DNA of 64,000 nt from Cirrosporium novae-zelandiae (taxonomy: Eukaryota): contig JAPETS010000003.1 of the NCBI GenBank assembly GCA_026023565.1, positions 62,001-126,000 on the forward strand, read 5' to 3'. Shown one piece after another: positions 22,652 through 35,023 of this stretch (positions within the stretch are counted from its first letter, which is position 1; each line of letters starts with the position of its first letter). Made by a program: the position numbers and the translations under genes. A model generated the notes under the pieces. It saw nothing but the letters and a program-made list of their open reading frames with translations, was not told the DNA's origin and made no database searches.

Positions 22652-25600
22652 TTATCTCCCAGATAATCCATCTAAACTCCTCATACCCTTCCACCCTGGC
22701 GTTTCCATCCCTGGTTCCCTGACTCCGACTTCCATTCCACACTTAGCGCATACCAGCCTCAACCCCCCAACCGCTACACTAGCTCTTTTATCCGCACTAG
22801 GTCTCCAATTCTTCCCCTGTTGTTGTGCTCTAAACTTTTTGCTTCCACAACGCCGACATCGTTCACCGTCTTGGTCATCTGGATCCACATCCCCGTCTAT
22901 GCTCCCGCCTTGAGGAGTCATGGCTAATGGTGTGGCAATGTCTGTCCCCTGGCTCCTGTCGTCGCTGTCTCTCCTTTCCATTCGCCATCTGCGTTCATCT
23001 TCATACTCTTCCTCAGATGTAAGGCGAGAAACATATGACTCGTTCCTTTGGTTAAGCCATCGATTGTGGGAGTCCGATGCTATGGTACTGTTCGATAGGA
23101 TAGAGATAATAGAGGGTCGTGATTGAAGAGTGTGTACCTGTTGTTCTTGTTGTAAGTTTGTTATAGGGCTCTCGCCGCCATCAGCCTGATTGTTTGGTAG
23201 ACTGTTGGATGAATTCGTGCGCATGAGGGCCGATGCTTGATTAGCGTAGGCAGCGCGGTTCCAGAATAGGTTTGATTGATCGCCGGAGAGCATTAGGGGA
23301 TTAGAAGGGTCTGCTGATGTCAAGACAGACTTGGGAGGGGACTGGGGGCTGTTAGTTGACGGTACAGTCGGGGGTATTATAGCTGCTAGAGGAAGTGATG
23401 GAGGGGGCCCTGTTGGGGTTGAATCAGGTGGACTTGGAGAGGGATCGTGAATTCGTATGTCAGGTTTTACGAGGGAAGTATTAATGGCGGTGTTGACTCG
23501 CCTTGGAGACCGATTTGGTCGTGTAGGTAGTGTGGGAGAAAGAGGTGAAAACGGCCCTATTGAAAGGCCGGGACTTTGCGGAAAGGTTTGTACGCGGGAA
23601 GACCTCCCGAGGGAGCTGGAATTTGAGCGGGATGGCAGTTGGGACATCGATTTGCTGGGTGAGACACTTCGGTAACGGGGGTGCGATGTGGAGGTTCTTC
23701 CATCTAAACTATTGACTGGGCTCGAAATATGAATGGAATTTCGCCACGAGAGAACACGTTCCGGTCCTTTATTAGAGATGGAATCTCGGCTCCGACGTGT
23801 CGACACCGAACCTGTTCTACCAAGAATTTTTCTCGAAAAACTGGAATGAGTATCCCACGATTCATGACGACGTTTCGCATATGCACAGTCCTGCCGGAAG
23901 ACTTTGATTTTGCCAGTATAGTCTGCTGTGACAACAATGTTCCCAGATTTGTGAGCGGAACGGGCGATGTAGGCCGGAGTTTTTGTGGGTTCGCCCGACT
24001 TGAACTCTGGAAATGGAGAGGGCAAATCGCTATCATTATCCATGGCTAGATTTTCATTTATTGGTTTTTCGCTCATCGGCGTAGAGGAAGCTTGAGAACT
24101 ACGGTCACTTCGGCTCACCAGAGTTACCGGGGGAGGGTTGCAAAGGTCAAATATAGGATCGCCAGAAGCTCCGAGGAGTCGCTTGGTCGCAGTCGGGGCA
24201 AGAACAGCCGTTGTGACGATGTCGGAATGAGCCTCAAACATTTCGTGGGATCTCTTGTCTTTATCTTGATTTACCTTGGTCTCCACTGGCCAGATGTAAA
24301 CTTTTCGATCTTCACTTCCGCAGATAACATATCGAGCATCATCGCTGAAGCTAGCATGTATCTGGCTGCAATTGTTTTCATGTCCTTTGAACTTAATATC
24401 GAGGGTCCGGCTGTTGAAGTCGTACATGCGTATTCGCGAATCGTTACTGGTGATAAGAAGCTTGATATCCCCATTCGGATTGTCGGGGGGGAAATTTATA
24501 GCTTCAATTCCTGTAATCTTGCTACCCTTGGAATTTTTCCCATAAGCAGATCGAACTTGAAGGACAGCTTGCTGTTTCAATCCTTGAGTTTCATAAAAGA
24601 TACATTGTCCACTATAGGTCCCAGCGATGGCAGTTTTTCCATCTGGAGTCAAGGCAACAGCGGTAATCATATTACCAGGTATGTGTGTCCAAAAAGAAAC
24701 CTCTTTATCGACAATGCTCCAGAACCGCAACTTTGAATCAAGAGACCCAGCCAAGAAAAACCGATCATCAAGAGGATGAAATTGAACTGATGGCACAAAA
24801 TCACTATGCTTGAAGACACAAAGACATTCCAACCGGCTGACATGCCATAAGCGAACAGTTTTGTCCATTGACGAAGATAGGAGAAAATTATTTTTGCTCC
24901 AGCTAAGGTCAAGTATGCTAGCCGTATGAGCAATGTACTCCCTTACCGGTGCCTTTTTGAATACAGGCGCACTAAGTCGCTCACCTTCTCGATCCGAGGC
25001 ATCTTCTTGGCTTTCGTGTACATGGCGGTCCTCTGACGTTGCAAGGACTGCCCAGACTCGGACAAACCTGTCTTGGCCTCCAGCGGCCAAATATTTTCCG
25101 TCAACGGAGAACTTGAGGGCCCATATTGCGTGTGCCTTCTTTGAATGGATCTTGTTGGCACCGGCATGGCCATCATGCGATGTATTCGGTAACCCAGTCT
25201 TAGTATTAGGTTTCCCGTCTAGTTCCTGCGCCAAAAAAAGTCGATTGAAATCTTTCTCTTTCTTGTTGTGAGAATTAACTTTGACATATTTTGGCGGAGA
25301 AGGGAATTGTGGAATAAATCCTATCGGTTGTGAAAAAACATCTGCGTTCATTCCTTCAATCCTCTTCTCGCCCAACTCGGAATCATCATCATTGAATTCG
25401 ACAACATCCTTCTTCTTGCTGGGTTTCAATCGCCCTAATATGGAGACACGTTTCCTATAACCAGATGGTCGTCAGCTTCCGATCCACTAGAGCATACATA
25501 GACGTAGCGCGTCCGTAATTGGTTTGGATACATGAACCCCAGGGATTATGCGCCCCACCAATAAACTTGTCCGCATTTGAAGATTCCCGGATATAAGAAA

Positions 25601-26267
25601 ACAAACGAAATAGACATCTCAGACGCTTGTAAATATGCTCACTTTTTATCTTTTGAGGTATGACTATTTTCTCTTATTATTGGTTCCAGCCGCGAAGATG
25701 TAACCAAGGCGGCAGCGGTGTCAGGGTTTTGTGGCTCTGCGCCGGGGGTGGTATTCGTTCGAAGCTTTGGATTCATTATATTTCGAGGATGCGTACGTGC
25801 AAAAATGTCCTATCCAAGCATTGAATTATTAGTTGGCGCATCTTCAAGAAACGACTCGAGATTCGGCATGGAGAGTGGGTAGGCGCACTTGGGAAACGGG
25901 ATCAAGTACATCCTGGTTGTCATCGTCGCCACTTCCTTTCGTGCGCGGTTGAGGCTCTGGAATTAAGATTTGAGGATTGACTTGGATATTGCGTATGAAT
26001 TTATTAGGAAGAGTTGATCTTGTCGTTGTCGGTGGACTGCCAACTACGCGGGAAGTAAGTCTCTTTCAAGCAAAGATCCACAGGGACTTGGATGTCCGGA
26101 TGAGATGCTCTCCTACTATTTGTGGTGCCACCAGTGCCTGGGCCTCCAGGCCTCGCATCCATTGTTGTGGTTCGTCCATTCGTCCAAGCTGCACCACTTT
26201 GTGGCTGCGGCTTGCCAGCAGCCGTCGTTGGAACATACCCTTTATTTGTAGCCGTCTGGTCCGTCAT
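22652..26267 (-). CDS. WD40-repeat protein of the WDR44 / yeast DGR2-YMR102C type
   Basis: 925-aa ORF with FNRLFLAQEL, IWALKFSVDGKYLAAGG, HTASILDLSWSKNNFLLSSSMDKTVRLWH, FHPLDDRFFLAGSLDSKLR and LLITSNDSRIR. Upstream exons read DVLDPVSQ/DIFARTH.../KRVSILGRL. The first exon and start (ATG 26267) are uncertain. Confidence 0.9.
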
Positions 26268-26450
26268 GGTTCGATGATGAATATGGCTCGCCAAGGATGG
26301 AAATCATTCCTTTTAATGAAAGAAATTGGAGATATTTGAGCTTTCCGGAAGCTATAGAATTAAATAATAATAGGATAGGCTTAAGAGTCTCCACGAGGAA
26401 GCTCCTTTCAAAGGGCAGGGAGCTGCCAGGTGGTCAAGGCTATGTAGTTT

Positions 26451-26487
26451 GGGGGGGGGGGGGGGGGGGGGGGGGGGCTGGGGGGGG
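26451..26487. repeat. G27-CT-G8 homopolymer tract
   Basis: Directly visible run of 27 G, then CT, then 8 G. Confidence 0.9.
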
Positions 26488-27837
26488 CGTTTCCTAGCTA
26501 GAGATTTTGTCCTAAGGCTGACAGAAGGAGTATGACGAGTTAGAAATGAGGGGGAGTAACTTCTTCATAGCTAATAGATGCGATGCAAAGGATTATATAA
26601 AAGATTGCAGGTTCACAGGTTCAAAGTTGATTGCTGTCATCCTACTGGAAGACTCGTACCATTTAGACTGCCTTGGTATTTGTGGCTCTGCTTTTTTCTT
26701 TGCTGCCTCGTAGGACTACTCGCAGCTGATACTGTTTCTGGTTTAAAGCTTTATTACCTCGACTTGGTAAAACCGACGTAACCGTCACTAAAAACATCCC
26801 TTGTTAGGCCTCCCGGGTGTCTTTATTCCCCGAATTTCCGACCCCCCGACATACGATTACGATATACGAGACTGCTTATACGACAAGATCCCAGGCATCG
26901 ATGATAAATCTGATGAATGATATGAACGATATGAATCAGACTTTAGCATCCGTTTACAATGCATTATTATACAATGTTTATTGGATAATACTCAATACAT
27001 ATATTACATGAAACCTTGAATCAATTACCGTCCGAAAACATCCTCTACAGTTTAAATTACACTACCGCATTACCACCCTAACACACCTGAGTATGCCTGA
27101 CACGCCTGGCAAAATACCTCCAATCTTTCATTTCCCTTTCGTACCTTCCCCTTTGTTTTTCCTGGTATCAGATGAAACCAAATAAAAAATGCCCTCTTTC
27201 TCCCCCACTACTTTCCTACTTTGTGCTGGTTGTTGGTCTTGTCAAGTTGGATAGTCAATTATTATTTTATTATTTCATCTGACCGCTTCATACAATATTT
27301 TGACTGGTGGGTCTTTCGTTTGGGTATAATACTGTACATTACAACTTTACCTTTTTCATAAACACCATTTTACGACATAATTGATTATGTACGGTTGTGG
27401 CTAGCACCGAATTACACCAGAGGAAAATATTCCGATGTCCGATCTTTATGCAATTAATTAATTGTTCCTGTGCAATCGGCCTCCGTTCACGGCCTTAAGA
27501 AACCTTCAAAATGTCCTCCCGGTGGGGCCGGAGCTCGAAAATATAACCATCCGAGCAGAAAAAGTATCCCATCAGCCATCGGATCCTTATGGGAATTTTT
27601 TCTTCTTGTTTTCACATTCTAGATTATTCGAGTTGACAAATAACATCTTCCATGTGGCTTTTCATCTCTTCTTCTTTCACACGTGCCCATCTTCAAGGAT
27701 CTAGCGGCAGATGACCACTACAATGGGTAAAGTACAAGATATTGATACCGCCAGTGATACATCGCCACACCGGTGTTTCGAAACATTGACCTTGTCACCA
27801 AACTCACATGCCATGCAATAAACACACAGCCTTTCTC

Positions 27838-28617
27838 TTAATATCCAAGATATACAAAAGATATTTCCTTTTGTCTTTCTTGCTCTAGTTTAATCTCCGT
27901 TGCCTTTTCTTCTAATGCAGGTACCGTCACTTGGCGACTAGCAAATCCATCCACACCTCCTAACAAATCCTCCTCTGCTATCTCCGGTTCTGTGGGTTCT
28001 AAAATATTAAAATCGCTATATATCAGATATCCATCGTCATCAGGCTCGGTATCGCAAAAGTCTTCCTGGTCAAAAACATCATAATCTGACAATCCAAAGG
28101 GGGACGGAGGGAGTGGAATCTCAGGTCGTGGTGTTTCTACGACGGGCGGTTGTCTCTGAGCCTCAGCGAATGCTTCGAAACTTGAAAAGTGCATGGGGCT
28201 ATACATCGACTGGTCGCGTAGAATATCAGAATGTGATTGTCGATCCTCGCTAAAGCAAACCGTCCTTCGGATGCGATTGAGAATGGCTGCTTTTCTGAGT
28301 AGGCTCCTCCCAGGAACCTTTTGTTTAGCCCATGCGGCAATTTTGGATGGTCCACGACCGACAATGTATGTTGAGGGTATCGCATATGGTTTGCTAAGTC
28401 TAGACGTGACTAGATCGAGCCGAAGTCTCCTTTTCTTTCTCCCAACATCTCCTGAGTCTTCTCCTTCCACATCTGTTCGGGCTCGTGGTCGCTTGTTTAC
28501 TTTCTGGAACGTGCTGTTGCTCGTTCCACTGGAATAGAAGTGCTCTTTCAAAGGTTCAACGTCAGTAAAGGTATATTTGAAGGCTTCGACACGAGAGCCT
28601 CCCGAAAGTCGTTCCAT
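27838..28617 (-). CDS. Conserved-looking fungal hypothetical protein (basic NLS-like segment, acidic C-terminus)
   Basis: ~259-aa ORF from ATG 28617 with GRKKRRLRLDLVTSRLSKPYAIPSTYI, LLRKAAILN, PSPFGLSDYDVFD and IYSDFNIL blocks. Confidence 0.75.
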   Translation of the reverse strand: MERLSGGSRVEAFKYTFTDVEPLKEHFYSSGTSNSTFQKVNKRPRARTDVEGEDSGDVGRKKRRLRLDLVTSRLSKPYAIPSTYIVGRGPSKIAAWAKQKVPGRSLLRKAAILNRIRRTVCFSEDRQSHSDILRDQSMYSPMHFSSFEAFAEAQRQPPVVETPRPEIPLPPSPFGLSDYDVFDQEDFCDTEPDDDGYLIYSDFNILEPTEPEIAEEDLLGGVDGFASRQVTVPALEEKATEIKLEQERQKEISFVYLGY

Positions 28618-29795
28618 TGGCACAGACTACATGGTGTCTAGGTTACTCCTTCAACCAGGGAGATGATTTGATGTGAGAGGACGTGCCCATGGCGACCGCT
28701 AACAGGTTAACCAAGATGATAGATATAATAATCTACCAAAGGAACAAGAAAAGGTAGGGTAAGTGAAAGAGAGAAGAGAGCTTTTAGTTCTAGTGTAGTG
28801 TGAGAGTCAAGGGCGTTACCTTACATGTCCGTATATAAGGGTAGCTCATCACGTACATTCATCTCTATGGTGCGGGAATAACAAGGATGAAAATGCGGAG
28901 ACCCCAGTGTGCCAGCAAACAAGTGAAATGGCCAAATCCTTCGGGAATATCAAAATTTTTAATATATTATTTCATGGAGTTATTGCCCACTCAAGCAACA
29001 CGAGACGGAAGCCGAATCGAAGATTGTGGGCAACTTCCCGATGTGGTTTTTCCTTCTCTAACCGATTGACTGAGAATGTTCGAAGATACGCAAAAGAACC
29101 CCAAAAGGGTTTGACAGATCTTCACCGTCATTTTTTTAGGTGAGATCTGACTCCATCAAGGCCAGTTCTAATGCGAAAACTGTAAATCCTTCATCCACCA
29201 AGGCTTAATATACCATGTCAAGTTGCTTGTGGGCTTGGGCATCGAAGCTTACCCCGGATTTCTAGAACGAAAAATATATTCCCTGCTATATGTGGCACGC
29301 CGTTATAACCCACCTGGGAAAAACGACAACCTGGATAAAAAATTCCCTGCATATATTTGAGGATATTATTGGGTCGGTACCTTGGGCGGATATCGCCTCG
29401 ATTCCTTGTTGAATATTATTTGTTCTCCGCCAACGAGAAAGATTTTGACAACCACGAGTTCGTTTGAAGTTGCGTGTTCCATTCGTAATTGTCTAACTTT
29501 TGTAGAGAAATATCCAATACCACGCAAAGCATCCGACTGCAATTCCCGTCAGAGGCCGATAATCTATGTAGCCCGGAGATCTCGGTTTCTCTCATGTTGT
29601 GTAACTGTTGCATTTCACTTATGCGATGGCCACATAAGAAACGGGATGATGTCTCGTTGTCGGCGTCAGGTGCTACTGGAGTTGTACAAAATTGGGAAAA
29701 GAGCAATAATATTACACAGTAATCGAGTACTCTAGGATACCGTGGCCTGTAGTAGATGACAACAGTTCGGCTATTAAATGGGGCAGTCTCCCATG

Positions 29796-30341
29796 TCAAG
29801 ATAAAAGCTTCCTCGTACGGTCTGCAGCAATATCACACATGGCCTTGATAGCTTCCGCTCTCTCAAGCATAATGTCGCCACGAGCGATCCTAGCACGCAT
29901 GTTCTGCATTATCTCTGGTCTGCCTCTACCATTCACAAAGACAACATAACGAAGCCCAGGAAAGGCCTGCTCGTAGTCGGCATTCAATTGAGCTAGCTGC
30001 GCAGCTTCCTCTTCTCCACCCGTATTAAGCCGCGCCTGTTCCTGTCTACTCTGAGAACTTTCGACTTTCTTTTGTCCTAGCCTCGGATGTGCGCCCAGGA
30101 TTTTATCTAACCATTCGGTGTCGCTGGTGGAAGGAGATTCAGATAGTCCAGTCAGCTGCAGGCCAACGGAAGCGATGAGGTCATGATAAGAAGTAAAAGT
30201 CTTTTCTTGCAGTAAGCTCACGGAGAGCGTATGTAATGGCACGCATGGTTCGAAGAGGAGGTCCAGTACGGCAGCTCGGTCGAGAGTAGAAAGCTGAGAA
30301 AGAGAGGAAATATCCGGCAGAGAGGGATTGACCATGGCCAT
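29796..30341 (-). CDS. OHCU decarboxylase (purine/urate catabolism)
   Basis: 181 aa; LDLLFEP, ILGAHPRLG, SSQSRQEQA, LNADYEQAFPGLRYVVFVNGR and AMCDIAADR motifs. Confidence 0.92.
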   Translation of the reverse strand: MAMVNPSLPDISSLSQLSTLDRAAVLDLLFEPCVPLHTLSVSLLQEKTFTSYHDLIASVGLQLTGLSESPSTSDTEWLDKILGAHPRLGQKKVESSQSRQEQARLNTGGEEEAAQLAQLNADYEQAFPGLRYVVFVNGRGRPEIMQNMRARIARGDIMLERAEAIKAMCDIAADRTRKLLS

Positions 30342-31104
30342 ATTGCTTGTGATTGTTTTCAGCGAATAATCAGATATCGGCTATACGTCCACGATAATAG
30401 ACGGGCATAAAGTATAGTTACTCACCGAAGTTAGAAATAGGTCATAGATGTCATGATAAAGTGTATAAATTGTACTTTATACAGTAGAAGCTTATATTAT
30501 GAGACATCCTGGAGTTGTTCGACTCTTTTACTTAGGCCTGACCAATTTCGTACTGCGGCCCCGGATCTGACCCTAAGTTTGAACCGAAGTCGAGGGCGAT
30601 TGTGTTGATTGAAGCTTAGTACCCAACAAACGGGGAAACATGGCCAGTTTATCCTTGCAGACAAAGTCCAACTCTTTCTACTTTCTACACTTAATTGTCC
30701 AACTGTCTAACTAAAAAGTAATGGGCTCTAGATCGACATTAAATACAAGACACCTCCCGAAACAGTTACGCCAGAGCCTAAAACTAAAGTCCTTCAAGGG
30801 TCAAACTCCCTTTCTAACTAACTGGCACCACAGGCAATTATTGTTCATACCAAATATTACCTTCTTTGACCTTTGTTTACCACACAAACTTATTGGACCA
30901 GTTCCACCTTTGCACATGGGCTGCCATGCTGCAACACCATGTCCAGTTCTTGTTGACGGCCATTCACCGTTATCGCAAACGCCTTGAACTCACCTTTTAC
31001 CCCTGAAGTCCCGCGCTTATTCGCCCAGGCTGACCAGGGGTCTTTATCTCATCCCCCCCTCATCCTTCTGAGAGAAGAAGGATTTTGGGAAGAATTCAAA
31101 GGCA

Positions 31105-33120
31105 ATGTCTCTAAATGGTCTGGATGGGGAAAGGATCACTGAGGCCTATAAGGCAAGCATTGCAGAACCAGGAGGATGGTAAGCTTGAACTGCCGATCCA
31201 TGAATTGGGATTGCGCTGATGTATAATACCTTAGGTTTCTCGTCAAATACATATCAAGGGACGAGGTAGATTTATTCGAGCGTGGGAGTGGAGGTGTTGT
31301 TGAGGTGAGGAATGCAATTGAACAATACACAGACAAGTCGCCATTGTATGGATTGGTGCAATATCGTCGACGGAAAGTATTGTTGAAATACATTCCTGAT
31401 GGTACCTCTCGACTCCTTCAAGGTATGCAAGGGCGAGTCGAATTGAAATTGACTATACATGACTAACATATTTTATCTAGCACGAGTCTCTGTACATTTT
31501 CAAACAATCTGCGACCGATTCATGCCGCATGACACCGTCTTCTCTTTGACCGTTTCCTCCGACCTTTCTGATACAGCATTATCCTCCGCATGCCTTCTTC
31601 ACGCTGCTTCCGGGTCTATAACATCTTCTAATAGCTCCCTCCGCCGAAGAGTACTGCAGGAAATCGCTGAAGATGCAGAAGAGGTACCAGAAATGTCTTC
31701 ACAGCCTTCGTATGTCCAGACCTCAGAACACGTGGAATCGCGAACGAGCTCTGGTCAAGCTACATTCAGCATACCCCCGGAAGGCCTAAAGGAGAATCTA
31801 CCACCTTCTAGAACGGATAATGAATCAGAGGGTGATGATGTGTCAGCAAGACTACGTCGAGCTGAGCAGATACGTCAAAGGATTTCATTGCAGGCAGGTC
31901 CATCAGCGGAGTCTATTAAAGAGCACTCTTTAAAGCCGCTGCCAGAGGCTCCTAAACGTCACGACGATAATCCAGAGATTGACTATGACCTCCTTCGGAG
32001 CTTTTCCCAGCCACCCGAGCGCAAGTCTTCTCAGTCAACGCGACCAGCTTTACATGATTTGAATTCTACATATTCATTCAAACCCAAAATAAAACTTGGG
32101 CCAAGGCCGTCTATAGAAGTCAATAAACGCCCATTTTCATCGTCATCTCGAAAAGGTGAATCTAGGCCTGTTGCAGGCTTGCCTGCTGGGTTGAAAATGC
32201 AGCCTCGTAAACTTTCCACATCGTCTACCCGGTCCGCACGGCCCAAGAGCCGCCAATCACTAGCAGAGACTAGATCTCTCCGTAATGTGGATCCTCCATC
32301 ATTTTCAGCGGTGAGCCTGCAACCTTCCAGTGCATCTGTGCGGTCGTTCTATGCCCCTGTCTCCGTCATGCACTCTTCAAAGCCGCCCCCAGTACCGAAG
32401 TCTCCTGGAATTCCTCCAGAGAAGCTGAGGTTAATGAAGGCCCTTGAGATGAGGAAAAAGCAGCAGGCTGCTGCCAAGGTGGAGAAGGAAAAACACACAC
32501 AAGAAACAATTGAAGAACAGGAAACACCATCGGTCACGCACACAGGCGAAAAGCATAATGGCAAAAATTCTACACGCGTCACGGACAAAGACAAGGAAGA
32601 TACACATACCGATTCCCACCTAATATCCGCCGACTCCGAATCAACAGCGCTGGCTTCATCGCCTACTTCTGCACCTGAACCATCCGAAGGCCCTTCCACT
32701 CAAGCTTCCTCCTTTACCGACGAACATTTCCATGAACATGCCCCGAAAGACGCGGAGAAAGATGCTTTACATAAGGACGCTAACGAGGAACGTGAAGATA
32801 GTGGATCCGATACTGCTCCCGACATGAATGTTAGAAAGTTGGAATCTACCACGCTAGATTCGGATGACCAGTCGCCCAGGCATAAAAATGAACACGCTGA
32901 AATAGACCTCGAAGACCACCCAGACGATAATAATGCGGATGTTGCAATTCCTAGAGTGCATGATAATCATGTCGCGTCCCAAGAGGACGATGTTGAAGGG
33001 CTTGCTGCATCAAGAAACACGCTGGATATAAGCGAGAACAATAATGAACACAAGGGAGGCGCGCGCTGCATGCTGGTTAGACCTCAAATAATTGAACCTG
33101 AAGATGAAGATGATGAAGAA

Positions 33121-33155
<35 letters not shown>

Positions 33156-35023
33156 AGAGGAAGAAGAAGAAGAAGAAGAAGAAGAAGCGGCGTCTAGGTC
33201 ACCGTCTCTAGGATCACCTGATGAGCGGTCAGAAAAGCGAACGGCAAAAAGACGTTCCTTAGTTTCCCCAATCAAGATTTCTGAGACTAGTACTAGCTTT
33301 GATGACAACTTACCTTCAGACGATTCATTTTTTGAGGAACTACAATGTGCAACAGTCCAAGAAGCCAAGCCGATTTCCGTTACAAAATCTCCTATGACTC
33401 CCGTCTTTCCAAGACAGTACAGCGACAATCCAAATGGCAACTCCAGGGCCTCTTTAAATCCTCTCGGTATTATTACAAATGGCCAGGCATTCCCCGTCTA
33501 CGCAAACCATGACAGCCGTTCCTTTTCGTCGCCTCTCCCTCAGCCGCTTGTCGCAAAGAAGATCAATGTTTCTTCTGGAATTTCAAGTCGAATCAAGGCG
33601 TTGGAGAAGTTTTCGAGCAGAGAATCAACTCCATCAACAACTCCCGGTGCATCTCCTGCCCCCAACAATACCGTTCGGAGATCCTCTTTCTTGCAAGGGA
33701 AATTCTCAAGGTCCTCATCTAGTGAAAGATCCGAACCGTACAATAGCCCACCGATTCCTTCAAGGGCAACCGCAGAGAGCCTTGCCTCCCAAAGATATTC
33801 CCCCCGACCAGAAAGCGTGAAGGCACACACTGTAACTGTACCAGCTAAGATTGTCAGGAAGCATTCCAATAATCATCTCGAACCTCCAGTTACCTCTCCG
33901 GAACAGCCCCCGCCAGATTCACAGCATAGTTCTCTTACTGTGGGACACAAAACGCCAGACTCACAACACAACTCTTTTACTGTAGAACACAAAACACCAG
34001 AGAAACCACATGAAGTCCCTGAAAAGCCACTCGAACCCCCGCACTCGCCAGCTGCATCAATTCCAGAATCAAAAGAATCAAAGGTGCCCAGGAAATCGAT
34101 CACAAAGAGCGAGTCAGGCGGCAGTGGATTATCGGTGTCCAGTCGCAGCAAGACGGAACCGCCATTGCCTAGGTCTCCCAGATCACCTCGGTCACAAAGC
34201 GATGGTTCCCTTAGTATGGCTAGTGATGACGGAACTGAGTCAAAGAAGTCCAAGAAAGGCCGTAACTTATTGAAGAGGATGTCTTCGAATCTTTCCTTGT
34301 CTCGCAGGAGTATTATCCAAGCTCTCAGTCCTCTTAGTCCATCGATGAAATCAAGCGTTAAAGAAGAAACGATTGAGGAGGGTGTTGCACCACCAGAGCA
34401 TGAACCTCCTCAAATTGTCGATGTTGGCGACGTTAATGTACAGTTTCCTGATACTCTGGTATGTCTCAACAATGTCTGGTACAAGAGATATCTATGCTAA
34501 TTCGATATCAGCTTTGGAAAAGAAGATTTCTTCGGATCGATGATCAAGGTTATCTCATTTTGACTCCGTCCAGAGTAGACGACGTAAGTTAACTCGTATT
34601 TATTGTTCACATCACTTTTAATGAAATCCACTCGAGAATTCTTGAGCTACCTTGATTCTGAATTGGTGTTGGTATTTCAATCTGAACCTAGCTAATGATA
34701 ATAGCATCATGGACGAAATATTGTCAAGAGATATCATCTCTCCGAATTCGACGCTCCCTGTCTGCCCGATTTGGATAGGCAAGAGTTACCACATAGTGAG
34801 TCCTGTCGCATCTCTTGCTGTACATCCATTAACCTCTATATAGGCGTTCTGCTCGATTTCCGTGACGGGAGCACTCTGCAATGTGCCTGCGAGTCCAAAC
34901 AAGGACAAATGAACGTTCTCAAGAGTATGTCAAAAATGCCCATCTTAACTAAACGTTGGTCCACTAATACTCCCCTTAGCTCTTAGAGATGCATATCACG
35001 CCTACCATCAGCTTTATGGGTAA
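31105..35023 (+). CDS. Large protein with N-terminal ADF-H (cofilin-like) domain, disordered S/P/E-rich middle and C-terminal PH-like domain
   Basis: Exon 1 MSLNGLDGERITEAYKASIAEPGGW (ATG 31105); exon 2 FLVKYISRDEV...PLYGLVQYRRRKVLLKYIPDGTSRLLQ; large exon in ORF 31459..34500 ending VNVQFPDTL; small exons LWKRRFLRIDDQGYLIL...VLLDFRDGSTLQCACES; stop TAA 35021-35023. Confidence 0.85.
33100..33186 (+). repeat. Coding (GAA/GAG)n microsatellite encoding poly-Glu
   Basis: EDEDDEEEE... tract inside the ADF-H/PH gene. Confidence 0.9.

Noticed and set aside
24092..24736. 214-aa antisense ORF within the WD40 gene, and similar shadow ORFs in other genes
   Set aside because: Fully overlaps a well-supported gene on the opposite strand and has no recognisable features.
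29416..29799. 127-aa ORF abutting the OHCU decarboxylase stop; faint kinase-like VVVKIF in another frame
   Set aside because: TTG start, no further kinase motifs, and the frames are interrupted.
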